This document shows, one piece after another, positions 38,126 to 48,226 of a stretch of DNA of 64,000 bases. Location: positions 32,001 through 96,000 of the forward strand of contig CAVPGK010000006.1 in NCBI GenBank assembly GCA_963703955.1, read 5' to 3'. The number at the start of each line of letters is the position of its first letter. Positions within the stretch are counted from its first letter, which is position 1. The notes beneath the pieces were generated by a model. That model had not been told where the DNA came from. It made no database searches and saw nothing but the letters and a program-made list of their open reading frames with translations. The stretch is from Nitrospirota bacterium. GTDB taxonomy: Bacteria > Nitrospirota > Nitrospiria > Nitrospirales > Nitrospiraceae. The translations under genes and the position numbers were made by a program.

Positions 38126-39309
38126 CGATTCGTCCCATCCAACTTGAGAGCCTTTTTGATTCCTCGCACGGCTTGGCGGGTCCGGTGCTCATTTTCCACC
38201 AGCGCGAAACGCACGTATTCGTCGCCGCCTTCTCCGAAACCGATTCCGGGTGACACCGCAACCTTCGCCTCGTGAAGGAGCATCTTTGAGAATTCGAGCG
38301 AGCCCATTCCACGATACGCCGCCGGAATCCTCGCCCATACGAACATGGTAGCCCGGGGTCTCTCGACACCCCACCCGATACGATTCAGTCCGCCGACGAG
38401 GACGTCTCGGCGCCGCTGATAGCGGCTGACGGTCTCCTTCACACAGTCCTGCGGCCCATTGAGCGCAATGATACTCGCTATCTGGACCGGCTGGAAGATG
38501 CCGTAATCGAGGTAGCTCTTGATCTTCGCCAAGGCACCGATGATCTCGCGGTTTCCGACACAGAAGCCCACCCGCCAGCCCGGCATGTTGTAACTCTTCG
38601 AGAGCGTGAAAAACTCCACCCCGATATCTTTGGCCTCGGGAACCTGCAAGAGGCTCGGCGCACGGTAGCCATCAAATACCAGGTCGGCGTAGGCAAGGTC
38701 ATGGATCACCATCACGTCATGTTCCTTGGCAAATGTCACGACCTTCTTGAAAAATTCCAGATCGACGACGGCAGTGGTCGGATTATGAGGGAAGTTGATC
38801 ACCAGGATTTGGGGCCTAGGGAGCGTTTGTCGATAGACTCGCATAAGGTCATCAAAAAAGTCACTGTCTTGCCGCAACTCGATTCCCCGGACCTCTCCAC
38901 CGGCGATGATCACGCTGTACATGTGAATGGGGTAGGTCGGCGTCGGCGTCAGAACCACGTCGCCGGGTCCGATCATCGCAAGGGCAAGGTGGGCAATCCC
39001 TTCCTTTGAACCGATCGTGACAATCGCTTCGGCTTCGGGATCGAGATCGACATCATACCGGCGCTTGTACCAGCCCGTAATAGCATGACGGAGCTTGGTG
39101 ATTCCCTTTGACGCTGAATAGCGGTGATTCTTGCCATTCCGGGCGACCTCAATCAACTTATCGACGATATGAGGGGGCGTCGGCTGATCAGGGTTCCCCA
39201 TCCCGAAATCAATAATGTCTTCCCCTCGATGCCTGGCATCCAGCTTCAGAGCCTGAACCTGTGCAAACACGTAAGGCGGAAGCCGTTTGATGCGATAAAA
39301 GCTGTCCAC
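38122..39309 (-). CDS. alaC: Class I/II PLP aminotransferase, AlaC-like
   Basis: [28 protein letters not shown] and [15 protein letters not shown] start at 39309. Confidence 0.88.
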   Translation of the reverse strand: MDSFYRIKRLPPYVFAQVQALKLDARHRGEDIIDFGMGNPDQPTPPHIVDKLIEVARNGKNHRYSASKGITKLRHAITGWYKRRYDVDLDPEAEAIVTIGSKEGIAHLALAMIGPGDVVLTPTPTYPIHMYSVIIAGGEVRGIELRQDSDFFDDLMRVYRQTLPRPQILVINFPHNPTTAVVDLEFFKKVVTFAKEHDVMVIHDLAYADLVFDGYRAPSLLQVPEAKDIGVEFFTLSKSYNMPGWRVGFCVGNREIIGALAKIKSYLDYGIFQPVQIASIIALNGPQDCVKETVSRYQRRRDVLVGGLNRIGWGVERPRATMFVWARIPAAYRGMGSLEFSKMLLHEAKVAVSPGIGFGEGGDEYVRFALVENEHRTRQAVRGIKKALKLDGTNR

Positions 39310-39373
39310 ATTGCCTCGACGATTTAAGGGACGTCGACGGATCCGGGTATGCTGCACCTTTGCGAAAAGCTTG

Positions 39374-39402
39374 ATTTTAATGCACCCTCCTGAGGCAGTC
39401 AA
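39374..39402 (-). promoter_or_regulatory. Putative sigma70 promoter of the alaC-hom-thrC operon
   Basis: TTGACT-17 nt-TAAAAT on the minus strand. Confidence 0.6.
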
Positions 39403-39516
39403 TTTTATTTCAATGTTCAAGGACGTGCACGGTTCCTCGGAGTTCGCAGCACCTCGAGGACCCTGCCTTGAGGGGTCTCACAAGGACGAGCGTGCCAATG
39501 TGACGCCGCTTCACCC

Positions 39517-39545
39517 TTGTCACGCCTGCGCTATTTTGCCATAAT
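39517..39545 (+). promoter_or_regulatory. Putative sigma70 promoter of the pdxJ operon
   Basis: TTGTCA-17 nt-CATAAT with an extended -10 TG. Confidence 0.5.
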
Positions 39546-39592
39546 GCCATCTAACCTTTTGCAAACACTCACAGAATCAAACCAGAGGTCCC

Positions 39593-40306
39593 ATGGCCAG
39601 ATTGGGCGTGAACATCGATCATGTAGCCACGTTGCGTCAAGCTCGAGGGGGGAATGAACCGGATCCAGTCGCCGCCGCCGTGCTCGTCGAACTAGGAGGG
39701 GCCGACGGCATTGTCGTGCACTTGCGGGAAGACCGTCGCCACATCCAGGACCGTGATTTGACGCTTCTGCGGCAGACTATTCAGACCAAATTGGATTTGG
39801 AATTGGCCGCCGAAGAATCGATGGTCAAGAACGCGCTGCAGTTGAAACCTCATCTGGTCACACTCGTACCGGAACGCCGCCAGGAGCTGACGACGGAGGG
39901 CGGACTAGATGTCTCGGCTCAGCGGGACCGGGTCAAAGCTTTTGTGGACCTTCTTCACGACGGTGGTATTTCTGTCAGCCTGTTCATCGAACCGGACCTC
40001 AATCAGGTCAAAGCCGCGCACAAGATTGCGACGGATTACGTTGAGCTTCACACCGGGCAGTACGCCAATGCCCGCTTGTTAAAAGAAGAGGACGCGGCGC
40101 TGGAAGCTATCGTCCAAGCGGCCACCCTAGCCTCTAAGCTAGGCATCGGGGTCAATGCGGGACATGGACTGACCTATCGGAATGTCAAACGGCTCATGCA
40201 GATTCCTGAAATCGTCGAGTTCAACATTGGCCACAGTATCATGGCTCGGGCCATTTTAGTCGGGCTCGAGCGGGCGGTGCGAGAGATGAAGCACCTTGTC
40301 AGCTAG
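39593..40306 (+). CDS. pdxJ: Pyridoxine 5'-phosphate synthase
   Basis: [37 protein letters not shown] and NIGHSI motifs. Confidence 0.97.
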   Translation: MARLGVNIDHVATLRQARGGNEPDPVAAAVLVELGGADGIVVHLREDRRHIQDRDLTLLRQTIQTKLDLELAAEESMVKNALQLKPHLVTLVPERRQELTTEGGLDVSAQRDRVKAFVDLLHDGGISVSLFIEPDLNQVKAAHKIATDYVELHTGQYANARLLKEEDAALEAIVQAATLASKLGIGVNAGHGLTYRNVKRLMQIPEIVEFNIGHSIMARAILVGLERAVREMKHLVS

Positions 40307-40321
40307 GCTCGTCAAGACACC

Positions 40322-40708
40322 ATGACAATCGTCGGAATCGGCCTGGACCTGGTACGAATCGATCGCATCCAAGCTATAGCGGAGCGATGGCAAGATCGAT
40401 TCTTGCGGCGGCTCTACACCGAGGAGGAACGGCGGCTCTCTTCCCGACGCACGTCTCCCTACTCATTTCTGGCCGGGCGATTTGCCGCGAAAGAAGCCAT
40501 TCTAAAGGCATTGGGCACCGGTTGGTCCGCCGGTATCCGATGGTTGGATATCCAGGTTCTCAACGATGGGACCGGTCGCCCAGTGGCCACCGTGGACGGA
40601 CGCGCCAGAACCTTGATGAGAGAGGCCGGGATCACCGGCATTCTCATCAGCCTATCTCATGATGGGGAGTACGCGATTGCGGAGGCGCTCCTCACCAGAG
40701 ACCCGTAA
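40322..40708 (+). CDS. acpS: Holo-ACP synthase
   Basis: GIGLDLV, AGRFAAKEAILKALGTG and ISLSHD motifs. Confidence 0.96.
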   Translation: MTIVGIGLDLVRIDRIQAIAERWQDRFLRRLYTEEERRLSSRRTSPYSFLAGRFAAKEAILKALGTGWSAGIRWLDIQVLNDGTGRPVATVDGRARTLMREAGITGILISLSHDGEYAIAEALLTRDP

Positions 40709-40769
40709 CCGCAAAGGTCGCCGGGCCCCTGTGCTGCGCGACCCTGTCGTTCATTCCGCGTTCTCTTCG

Positions 40770-42335
40770 ATGAAAATCGTCACCGCCGCTCAGATGCAAG
40801 CCCTCGACCGACGAACCATCACGGAGGCCGGTATCCCCGGCCTGACCTTGATGGCTCATGCGGGGAGCGGGGTAGTGCGCGCGATGGAACAGGTCCTAGG
40901 CTCATTGGCCGGCAAAACCGTATCGATCTTCTGCGGCAAGGGGAACAACGGCGGGGACGGCTTCACGATTGCACGGCTTCTCCGTGCCAAACGAGCCTCC
41001 GTGCAGGTCGTCCTCGTGGCAAAGACGACGGACTTGAAGGGTGACGCCAAGACCATGTATCGGCGATTCATCAAGGCTGCAAGGACCTCAACGCTTCATA
41101 TCTCACCTTCTTTGGATCGGATGCGTGCGTTGCTTCGGAACAGTGACGTCATTGTCGATGCCCTCCTAGGAACCGGACTTTCTGCAACGGTCACCGGTCC
41201 CTATCGCGCTGCCATCGACGCCATCAACGAGATCAGCATGGAGACCGGCCTTCCGATCACGGCGGTCGATCTTCCCTCCGGCATCCACGCCGATTCGGGT
41301 GCCGTCCTGGGTGCTGCCGTCCGGGCCTCGCTCACGGTGACGTTTGGCCTGCCCAAATTGGGCCTGTATGTGGGGGATGGCATCGACCATGCCGGAGATA
41401 TCCGGATTGTCGACATCGGGATCCCTGAGAGCTATGTGGAAAAGGTGGAGAGCCGCATCACTCTTATTTCGCCTGGCCACGTCCATCGTCTTCTTCCCCG
41501 ACGTATGCCGTCCGCTCACAAAGGGACCTTTGGCCATGCGGGCATCATCGCGGGATCGGTCGGCAAGACCGGCGCCGCCGCGCTGACAGCCAAAGCCGCG
41601 TTACGGGTAGGAACCGGACTCGTCACCGTCGCAACGCCGGCCGGAGTCAACCAGACGCTTGAGGCCAAACTGCTCGAGGCCATGACCATTCCCATGCCGG
41701 ACACCGAAGCGCAAACGCTCTCGTTTTCAGGCCTTGACCGTCTTGTCGCCTTCGCCAGCGAGCGGAGTGCGGTCGCGATCGGTCCCGGTCTATCGACACA
41801 TCCGGAAACTATCAACCTGGTTCGTGCCTTGATCGGACGCTTGGAAAAACCTTTCGTGTTGGATGCGGATGCCCTGAACGCGCTGGCGGGAGCGACTGAC
41901 CTGCTGACGACGTGCAAGATCCCCCCGATCCTAACCCCCCATCCTGGTGAAATGGCGCGATTGGGAAAGCACACCAGCGCGCGAATCGTCAATGCTGATC
42001 GAATCGGCACAGCCACCCGATTTGCACAGCAGTATGGCGTCGTTCTCGTCCTCAAAGGCGCGCGAACCGTGGTAGCCGGTCCCGATGGGCGCGCTGCAAT
42101 CTGCCCGACTGGCAATCCAGGGATGGCGACTGCCGGAACCGGGGATGTCCTGACAGGCATCATCGTCGGCTTGCTAGCCCAGCGACTGAGCGCATGGGAC
42201 GCGGCGCGCGCCGGCACCTATATCCACGGATTGGCCGGAGACTTGGCAGCAGCGAACCTGGGACGCATCGGAATGACGGCCGGAGACCTGATTGACCAAA
42301 TCCCTTATGCCATCGCACACTCATTCACATCGTAG
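40770..42335 (+). CDS. nnr: Bifunctional NAD(P)H-hydrate epimerase/dehydratase
   Basis: GKGNNGGDG, VDALLGTG, HKGTFG, LTPHPGE and GMATAGTGDVL motifs. Confidence 0.95.
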   Translation: MKIVTAAQMQALDRRTITEAGIPGLTLMAHAGSGVVRAMEQVLGSLAGKTVSIFCGKGNNGGDGFTIARLLRAKRASVQVVLVAKTTDLKGDAKTMYRRFIKAARTSTLHISPSLDRMRALLRNSDVIVDALLGTGLSATVTGPYRAAIDAINEISMETGLPITAVDLPSGIHADSGAVLGAAVRASLTVTFGLPKLGLYVGDGIDHAGDIRIVDIGIPESYVEKVESRITLISPGHVHRLLPRRMPSAHKGTFGHAGIIAGSVGKTGAAALTAKAALRVGTGLVTVATPAGVNQTLEAKLLEAMTIPMPDTEAQTLSFSGLDRLVAFASERSAVAIGPGLSTHPETINLVRALIGRLEKPFVLDADALNALAGATDLLTTCKIPPILTPHPGEMARLGKHTSARIVNADRIGTATRFAQQYGVVLVLKGARTVVAGPDGRAAICPTGNPGMATAGTGDVLTGIIVGLLAQRLSAWDAARAGTYIHGLAGDLAAANLGRIGMTAGDLIDQIPYAIAHSFTS

Positions 42336-42969
42336 CGAGCAGCGTTCGGTATCTCAGGGTCAAGCCGCTGAGAAACAACCCCAACGGGCTCCTCGAAGCA
42401 GGTCGCCGCAGCGATGGACATATCGGTCTCAATCGGCCATTGACACCGACCGGTTGGGGCAGGTGCTTGGACGGTCATCGCGCGGCGGTGACATGATAGC
42501 GCTGTACGGAGATCTTGGAAGCGGAAAGACGTGCCTCGTGCGTGGGATCGCCGACGGATTGGATGCACCCCGTCGTGCCGTGAGCAGCCCGACGTTCGTG
42601 TTTGTCCACACATACGACGGCCGGCTGCCCCTGATACATGCGGACCTCTATCGGCTGGACACGACCACGGATCTGCACCATCTGGGCTTGGAGGAGTACT
42701 TCGATGAGCGGACTGTGGTAGCTGTCGAATGGGCGGAGAAAGCGCAGAGTGCACTACCTTCCGATCATCTGGAGATTCATCTCGGACATCTCAACAGAAC
42801 AAGCCGATCTGTCTCTTTCCACGCCACGGGGTCACGATCCTCCGAACTTCTTCAGCAAGTGATCAGGGCGAACGCAGAGCACGAACGCGCGTGTGATTCC
42901 AAGAGGCGTATGGTCTCCGCACGGTCTGAGGCACCGAACCCTCCTCGTCGCAAGGCGGAGTGCCGCTGA
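42292..42969 (+). CDS. tsaE: tRNA threonylcarbamoyladenosine biosynthesis ATPase TsaE
   Basis: GDLGSGKT, SSPTF, HADLYRL and VEWAE motifs. Start uncertain. Confidence 0.93.
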   Translation: MTKSLMPSHTHSHRSEQRSVSQGQAAEKQPQRAPRSRSPQRWTYRSQSAIDTDRLGQVLGRSSRGGDMIALYGDLGSGKTCLVRGIADGLDAPRRAVSSPTFVFVHTYDGRLPLIHADLYRLDTTTDLHHLGLEEYFDERTVVAVEWAEKAQSALPSDHLEIHLGHLNRTSRSVSFHATGSRSSELLQQVIRANAEHERACDSKRRMVSARSEAPNPPRRKAECR

Positions 42970-43628
42970 TGAAAGTGATCTGGGCCCCTTGGCGCATGGC
43001 CTATATCAAAGACTCCCGCAAGCCAGCCGCCTGCATCTTTTGCACGAAGGCTCGGGGGCGGCGCGATGCGACCAACCTGTTGCTCCACCGCAGCCAACAC
43101 GGCTTTGTCATGATGAACCTGTTCCCGTATAACAGCGGGCATCTCATGGTGGCGCCATACCGTCATGTTAATAACCTGGAGGTCCTCTCGCCTGAATCCT
43201 CGTTGGATCTGGTCGCGCTGATGAATCTCTCTCTGAAGGTGTTGCGATCTGAGATCGGGCCCGAAGGCTTTAATGTTGGCATCAACCTGGGACGTGTCAG
43301 CGGGGCTGGTATCGAAGAACACGTCCACGTGCATATTGTTCCTCGCTGGAGCGGCGATACGAACTTCATGCCGGTGTGCTCCGATACTCGGGTGATCCCC
43401 GAGCACTTGAGTGCGACGTATCGCAAGCTTCGAGCACGGTTTCGCCTCATGACCTCAGAGAAAAAGACGGCCGCTCAACTTCCTTCCGGGTCTCGCGGCG
43501 GCATGAAGGCGGGAAACCATCGTCATAAGCCGACCGGGCTGGACGCACACATTCGACGTCCTCCGTCCACGGCACCGCTCTCACACCACCGATCGCGATC
43601 TCGAAAAAGAACGGTGAAAGGCTCATGA
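42969..43628 (+). CDS. HIT domain protein (Ap4A hydrolase-like)
   Basis: WAPWRMAYI, CIFC, NLFPYNSGHLM and HVHVHIVPRW motifs. Confidence 0.92.
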   Translation: MKVIWAPWRMAYIKDSRKPAACIFCTKARGRRDATNLLLHRSQHGFVMMNLFPYNSGHLMVAPYRHVNNLEVLSPESSLDLVALMNLSLKVLRSEIGPEGFNVGINLGRVSGAGIEEHVHVHIVPRWSGDTNFMPVCSDTRVIPEHLSATYRKLRARFRLMTSEKKTAAQLPSGSRGGMKAGNHRHKPTGLDAHIRRPPSTAPLSHHRSRSRKRTVKGS

Positions 43629-43960
43629 TCCGACTCGTTCTGGTCTGTATCATTCTGTTACTCTCCCTGTCATTCTTTCTTCAAAATCAGGAAGAAGAAG
43701 TCACGCTTCATTATTTCTTCGGCCTACAGTCCGCGTCTACCCCTATCAACAAACCCATCCTCAGTGCATTCGCCATCGGACTTCTGGTCGCCTTGATTCT
43801 CTTGTTCCCCGCATGGGTCCGGGGCAGGATCGAACTCAGGCGAAAAACCAAGGCCCTACAGGAAGCCGAGACCGATTTGGAGCGCCTACGCAGAGAAAAA
43901 GGAGTCACTCCGTCGTTAGTGTCGGGAAGCCGCCAAGGTGAGGGATCTACCGATGCATGA
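43625..43960 (+). CDS. LapA (DUF1049) family membrane protein
   Basis: TM helix, FFLQN...VTL.YF, second TM helix, then a basic coiled tail. Confidence 0.75.
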   Translation: MIRLVLVCIILLLSLSFFLQNQEEEVTLHYFFGLQSASTPINKPILSAFAIGLLVALILLFPAWVRGRIELRRKTKALQEAETDLERLRREKGVTPSLVSGSRQGEGSTDA

Positions 43961-46583
43961 CGGCGACCTCACTCCGTTGATGCGCCAATATCGCGAAATC
44001 AAGCACACCTATCAGGATGCCGTCCTGCTGTTTCGTGTCGGTGATTTTTATGAAATGTTCTATGAAGACGCCGAGGCGGCCTCACAGCTGCTCTCTATCG
44101 CCTTGACCTCGCGGGACAAAGCCCGTGCGGATCCGGTACCACTCTGTGGAGTCCCCTATCACGCCGTGACCGGATATATCGCAAAACTGCTGAAGGCAGG
44201 GCGGACGGTGGCGTTGTGCGACCAAGTGGAGGATCCGAAACTGGCCAAGGGGCTGGTTCGGCGCAAAGTCGTCCGTCTCTACACGCCCGGCACGCTGATC
44301 GAGACCGACTTGCTCCCGGCAACCGAGTCGATCTTCTTGGCCGCGGTGGTGGCCCCGCCGCAGGTCTCGCCACAATCTAACGAACCCATCTGGGGACTGG
44401 CGGCGCTGGACTCGTCCACCGGTGAATTCTGGTTGATGGAAGGGGCCAGCGACTCGGCGCATCGCGCGCTTCAAGACGAGTTGTACAGACTAGATCCCCG
44501 GGAAGTGCTGTATCACCCCGACCTTCCTCGTCATCTGTACGAGCGGCTCTCAGAGCTGAAAGGACCTCGGCTCTGTCCTCAGGAGCCTTCGGCGTTTGAT
44601 TTTCGGCTAGCCGAACGTCTCCTGCTTGATCAGTTTCGAGTGGCCTCATTGGATGGGTATGGCTGTCGCGGCCTGAGCCTGAGTATTCAGGCGGCCGGAG
44701 CAGTCTTGCGCTACCTTCAGGACACACAGCCAACGGCCAGCCTTGCTCACGTGTCTCGACTACGGATCCGGCGCTCGGATGATGCCATGCATCTCGACAG
44801 CGCAACCATTCGAAATCTCGAGCTGACAAAGTCCGTTTCCAACCATCGGCACGATTCCACGTTGCTCTCCGTGTTGGATCGGACCCTCACAGCCATGGGA
44901 GGCCGTTTGATGCGGGAATGGATCGTTCGACCGTTGATCCGGCCGGATCAGATCAACGCCCGTCTCGACGCGGTAGCTGAATTGGTGCGGCACGTTCCGG
45001 TTCGCGGGGGAGTCAGGACGGCGCTCAAGACCATTCAGGACATCGTTCGCCTGGGTAGTCGGGTTTCGCTGGGAGCCGCGACACCTCGCGAGCTCCTCGC
45101 GCTCAAACAGTCAGTCGCGCCGCTTCCCGAGCTCAAGGCTCTGCTGGCCACGCTCCGGTCACCTCTTCTCCAGGAGCTTGTCCGGTCCTGGGATGATTTG
45201 ACCGACGTCCACCAGATCATCGAGGAATCCATTCTTTCGGATGCTCCGGCCACGACCCGGGAGGGCGGCATCATCAAGGACAGATATCATCCTGAGTTGG
45301 ACGAACTGCGGAAAGTGTGCCGTGAAGGAAAAGGATGGATCGCCCACCTTGAGTCCCAGGAACGGGTACGCACGGGTATCGAGTCCCTGAAGGTCCGATT
45401 CAACCAGGTCTTCGGTTACTTCATCGAAGTGACCAAGGCGAACGCCTCGCGCATTCCTGAGCACTATGTCCGCAAGCAGACATTGGTCAACGCGGAGCGG
45501 TTTACCACGGTTGAGCTGAAAGAATTGGAAGACCGGGTGACCGGGGCCGATCTGAAACTGACCCTTCTGGAACGAGAGTTATTCGACCAGATCCGTGCAG
45601 CGTTGGCACAGGAAACTCCCAGACTTCAGAAGATGGGGGCAATCATTGCCGCGCTAGACACGTTGACCGCCTTGGCTGAAACGGCTGCCCACAACCGCTA
45701 CGTCAGGCCGGATATTGATGAGGGAGCGAAGATCCGCATCACCGACGGCCGTCATCCTGTAGTGGAGCAGATGGACCTGTCGGGAGGTTTTATCCCGAAC
45801 GATACCCTCCTGGACCTCGACGCCAATCGACTCGTGATTCTCACTGGACCGAATATGGCCGGCAAGAGCACATACCTCAGGCAAATTGCGTTGATCGTCT
45901 TGATGGCTCAAATGGGCAGCTTCGTTCCCGCGCAAGCGGCTCACATCGGCGTGGTGGACCGTATCTTCACCCGTGTCGGCGCCTCGGACAACCTGGCGGC
46001 AGGCCAAAGTACCTTTATGGTGGAAATGACCGAGACCGCTCAGATCCTCAATTGCGCCACCGTGCGGAGTCTGATTCTATTGGATGAAATCGGACGCGGG
46101 ACCAGTACATATGACGGGTTGAGCATAGGATGGGCGGTCGCCGAGTATATTCAGGATCGCAGCCGTCTGGGCGCCCGCACTCTCTTCGCGACCCACTACC
46201 ACGAAATGACGGAGCTCGCCACGCAGCGGGAAGGCGTGAAAAACTATACCGTGCTGGTGAAGGAACGAAACGAAGAGGTGCTCTTTCTTAGAAAGATTGT
46301 GGAAGGGAAAGCCGATCGCAGCTACGGCATTCAGGTAGCCAGGCTCGCCGGGTTGCCGGCGATTGTCATCACACGAGCTCGTGAAGTGCTCGCTCAGCTC
46401 GAGCGACCCACGGCTACACCTTCCGAGCAGGCCCCAGGTTCTATAGAACAACCCGATCCATCGCTCCCGCCTCCGCACCCAATTGTGGAAGAGGTCCGGC
46501 AAATGGACTTATTTACGATGACGCCCCTGGAAGCCCTGAATCGCCTGGCGGATCTGCAGCGCCGACTCGAAGACCCAAATTAG
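43953..46583 (+). CDS. mutS: DNA mismatch repair protein MutS
   Basis: TPLMRQY, GDFYEMF, TGPNMAGKST, STFMVEM, DEIGRGTST and SYGIQVA motifs. Confidence 0.98.
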   Translation: MHDGDLTPLMRQYREIKHTYQDAVLLFRVGDFYEMFYEDAEAASQLLSIALTSRDKARADPVPLCGVPYHAVTGYIAKLLKAGRTVALCDQVEDPKLAKGLVRRKVVRLYTPGTLIETDLLPATESIFLAAVVAPPQVSPQSNEPIWGLAALDSSTGEFWLMEGASDSAHRALQDELYRLDPREVLYHPDLPRHLYERLSELKGPRLCPQEPSAFDFRLAERLLLDQFRVASLDGYGCRGLSLSIQAAGAVLRYLQDTQPTASLAHVSRLRIRRSDDAMHLDSATIRNLELTKSVSNHRHDSTLLSVLDRTLTAMGGRLMREWIVRPLIRPDQINARLDAVAELVRHVPVRGGVRTALKTIQDIVRLGSRVSLGAATPRELLALKQSVAPLPELKALLATLRSPLLQELVRSWDDLTDVHQIIEESILSDAPATTREGGIIKDRYHPELDELRKVCREGKGWIAHLESQERVRTGIESLKVRFNQVFGYFIEVTKANASRIPEHYVRKQTLVNAERFTTVELKELEDRVTGADLKLTLLERELFDQIRAALAQETPRLQKMGAIIAALDTLTALAETAAHNRYVRPDIDEGAKIRITDGRHPVVEQMDLSGGFIPNDTLLDLDANRLVILTGPNMAGKSTYLRQIALIVLMAQMGSFVPAQAAHIGVVDRIFTRVGASDNLAAGQSTFMVEMTETAQILNCATVRSLILLDEIGRGTSTYDGLSIGWAVAEYIQDRSRLGARTLFATHYHEMTELATQREGVKNYTVLVKERNEEVLFLRKIVEGKADRSYGIQVARLAGLPAIVITRAREVLAQLERPTATPSEQAPGSIEQPDPSLPPPHPIVEEVRQMDLFTMTPLEALNRLADLQRRLEDPN

Positions 46584-46599
46584 TCGAATGCAAGGCAAG

Positions 46600-46634
46600 A
46601 AAAAAGCGGTGCCCTTTTCAAAGGCACCGCTTTT
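46600..46634. terminator. Bidirectional intrinsic terminator
   Basis: AAAAAAGCGGTGCC-CTTTTCAAA-GGCACCGCTTTT between convergent genes. Confidence 0.85.
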
Positions 46635-46651
46635 CGCACCGCGTCTTGTCC

Positions 46652-47320
46652 TCAGTGACCACCGCTCTCGTTATACGCAGCCGTCCAGGGGATTAGACCG
46701 CCGACAGGCTTTCCACCCGGGATCATCAAGTCATACTGCATCGGGAGCGCACCCACTCCCTTAGGAGAGGTGTTGAGCTCCTGCTTGGCCTTCGCGCAGC
46801 CTGCCTCCAGTTCATCCTTCCCTTCGCAGCCCTTCGCCCTCACTGCCATGATGCTGCGCGTCTTGCCTGGTTCACCGGCCACTTCCGGCAGCTTCTTGAC
46901 GGCGGTAATCACCCGCCGATTCTGCTCTGTTTCTTGGGCCGTAAACTCAACTAGCGTCGTCGCTGAAGCAGGTGGTACCTCCTTTGCCGCAGCCGGTCCG
47001 GCATGCGCACGCGCCATCGACTTCAATTGTTCCCACACTTCTTTGTTGCCCGCATAGAACTTCAGGTTCTTGCCGGGATGAATTTTCTGCCAGAAATACC
47101 CGCTCTCGGCATTACCGCCGAACACGGCGGTATTGATCCACACCGCTTCATCATAGGGGTCCAGGATGATCACCCGACCCTGGATTGTGGTCGGCTTGCT
47201 CATGTCACCCCATTCAAATCGTTCCTGGAATGCTTCGATAGCCAGCGCAGCCGTGGCCATACCACCGACGAGAGCCATGGCGGCGATAAAGGCCCCTGCT
47301 TTCCCGTGACATTTCTTCAT
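46652..47320 (-). CDS. Exported protein of unknown function
   Basis: Signal peptide ending ALA-I, strong RBS TAAGGAGG, 222 aa; no family recognised. Confidence 0.8.
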   Translation of the reverse strand: MKKCHGKAGAFIAAMALVGGMATAALAIEAFQERFEWGDMSKPTTIQGRVIILDPYDEAVWINTAVFGGNAESGYFWQKIHPGKNLKFYAGNKEVWEQLKSMARAHAGPAAAKEVPPASATTLVEFTAQETEQNRRVITAVKKLPEVAGEPGKTRSIMAVRAKGCEGKDELEAGCAKAKQELNTSPKGVGALPMQYDLMIPGGKPVGGLIPWTAAYNESGGH

Positions 47321-47387
47321 CGCACCCTCCTTACATCGTTGAATGAATTCTGCTCGTATAAAAGAGGCGCGCTTGTGTGTTCGACCA

Positions 47388-47894
47388 CTAATCCTTCAGC
47401 ACCTTGAACCCGGTGATGGTCCGACCATCAAGCGTCACTTCGAGGGCCACGAGGTCCTGGGAAGCTTTGATGATCTGGTCCATGAGCGCCTTGTCCTTCA
47501 CTTGAAGGCGGACGGTCTGGGCAGCCTGGTACCAACCTGCATAGGGATTATTTTTTTCGGTGCCGCCGGTGAAACCCCACGCGCAGCAGACAAACAAAGG
47601 ATCGGGCGGCTTCACATCCAAATCAGAAGATTTCCGACCAGCCGGGGTTCCTGAAGCCGGCTCATCCGTATTCCAATACTGGATGCCAAACAGGATCTCC
47701 TTCTCGGGATTGTCCGCCCATTGGGACCATACACGACCCTTGAGCGTCTTGACCGCTTCCCCCTTCAGAGGGACCTTACCAAGTACGGCAGGTCCTCCAC
47801 CGGCCGGCGCGTCCGCTGCGGCAACAAACTCAGCCGCCAGTAAACCAGCGACCGAAAAAACTGCGACTGCAGCAATGATTACGACCCTATTCAT
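47388..47894 (-). CDS. Exported protein of unknown function (VCCAWG motif)
   Basis: Signal peptide ending AAA-D, RBS AAGGAGG, 168 aa; no family recognised. Confidence 0.8.
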   Translation of the reverse strand: MNRVVIIAAVAVFSVAGLLAAEFVAAADAPAGGGPAVLGKVPLKGEAVKTLKGRVWSQWADNPEKEILFGIQYWNTDEPASGTPAGRKSSDLDVKPPDPLFVCCAWGFTGGTEKNNPYAGWYQAAQTVRLQVKDKALMDQIIKASQDLVALEVTLDGRTITGFKVLKD

Positions 47895-48111
47895 TCCTCA
47901 TCCCTCCTTCATAGATATGCACAGAATGCATAGTATGAACCCACAACAAAAACCCAGCCTTGGGAACCCATAAGAGAACGGAATAGGAAAGATGCCACGG
48001 CTAGGAAACGATCCGCACCTCCTTTCCTCTGAGCCATGACATAGCAGCACGCTCCAACACTTTCACCTTCGCTTTGGTAACTCTAAGAATTAAGAATAAG
48101 GAAGTGGTGAG

Positions 48112-48140
48112 ATCGTAATGAATCAAGCAATTCTTGTCAA
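48112..48140 (-). promoter_or_regulatory. Putative strong sigma70 promoter for the exported-protein pair
   Basis: TTGACA-17 nt-TACGAT on the minus strand, about 210 nt upstream of ATG 47894. Confidence 0.6.
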
Positions 48141-48226
48141 GGGAATATTTGACAGCCGTGAAAGCCGTTTGACCTGACTAACCTATTGATCTAGCTAGAT
48201 TTTTAGAAACTCCGCGCGGCGGATCA

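Noticed and set aside
39310..39420. N-terminal extension of the alaC ORF, or an amino-acid riboswitch/attenuator
   Set aside because: The extension overlaps a good promoter, and the short leader shows no riboswitch or Thr/Lys-rich leader peptide.
43440..43628. Basic C-terminal tail of the HIT protein as an extra domain
   Set aside because: Low-complexity extension running to the next gene's start; more likely stop-codon drift.
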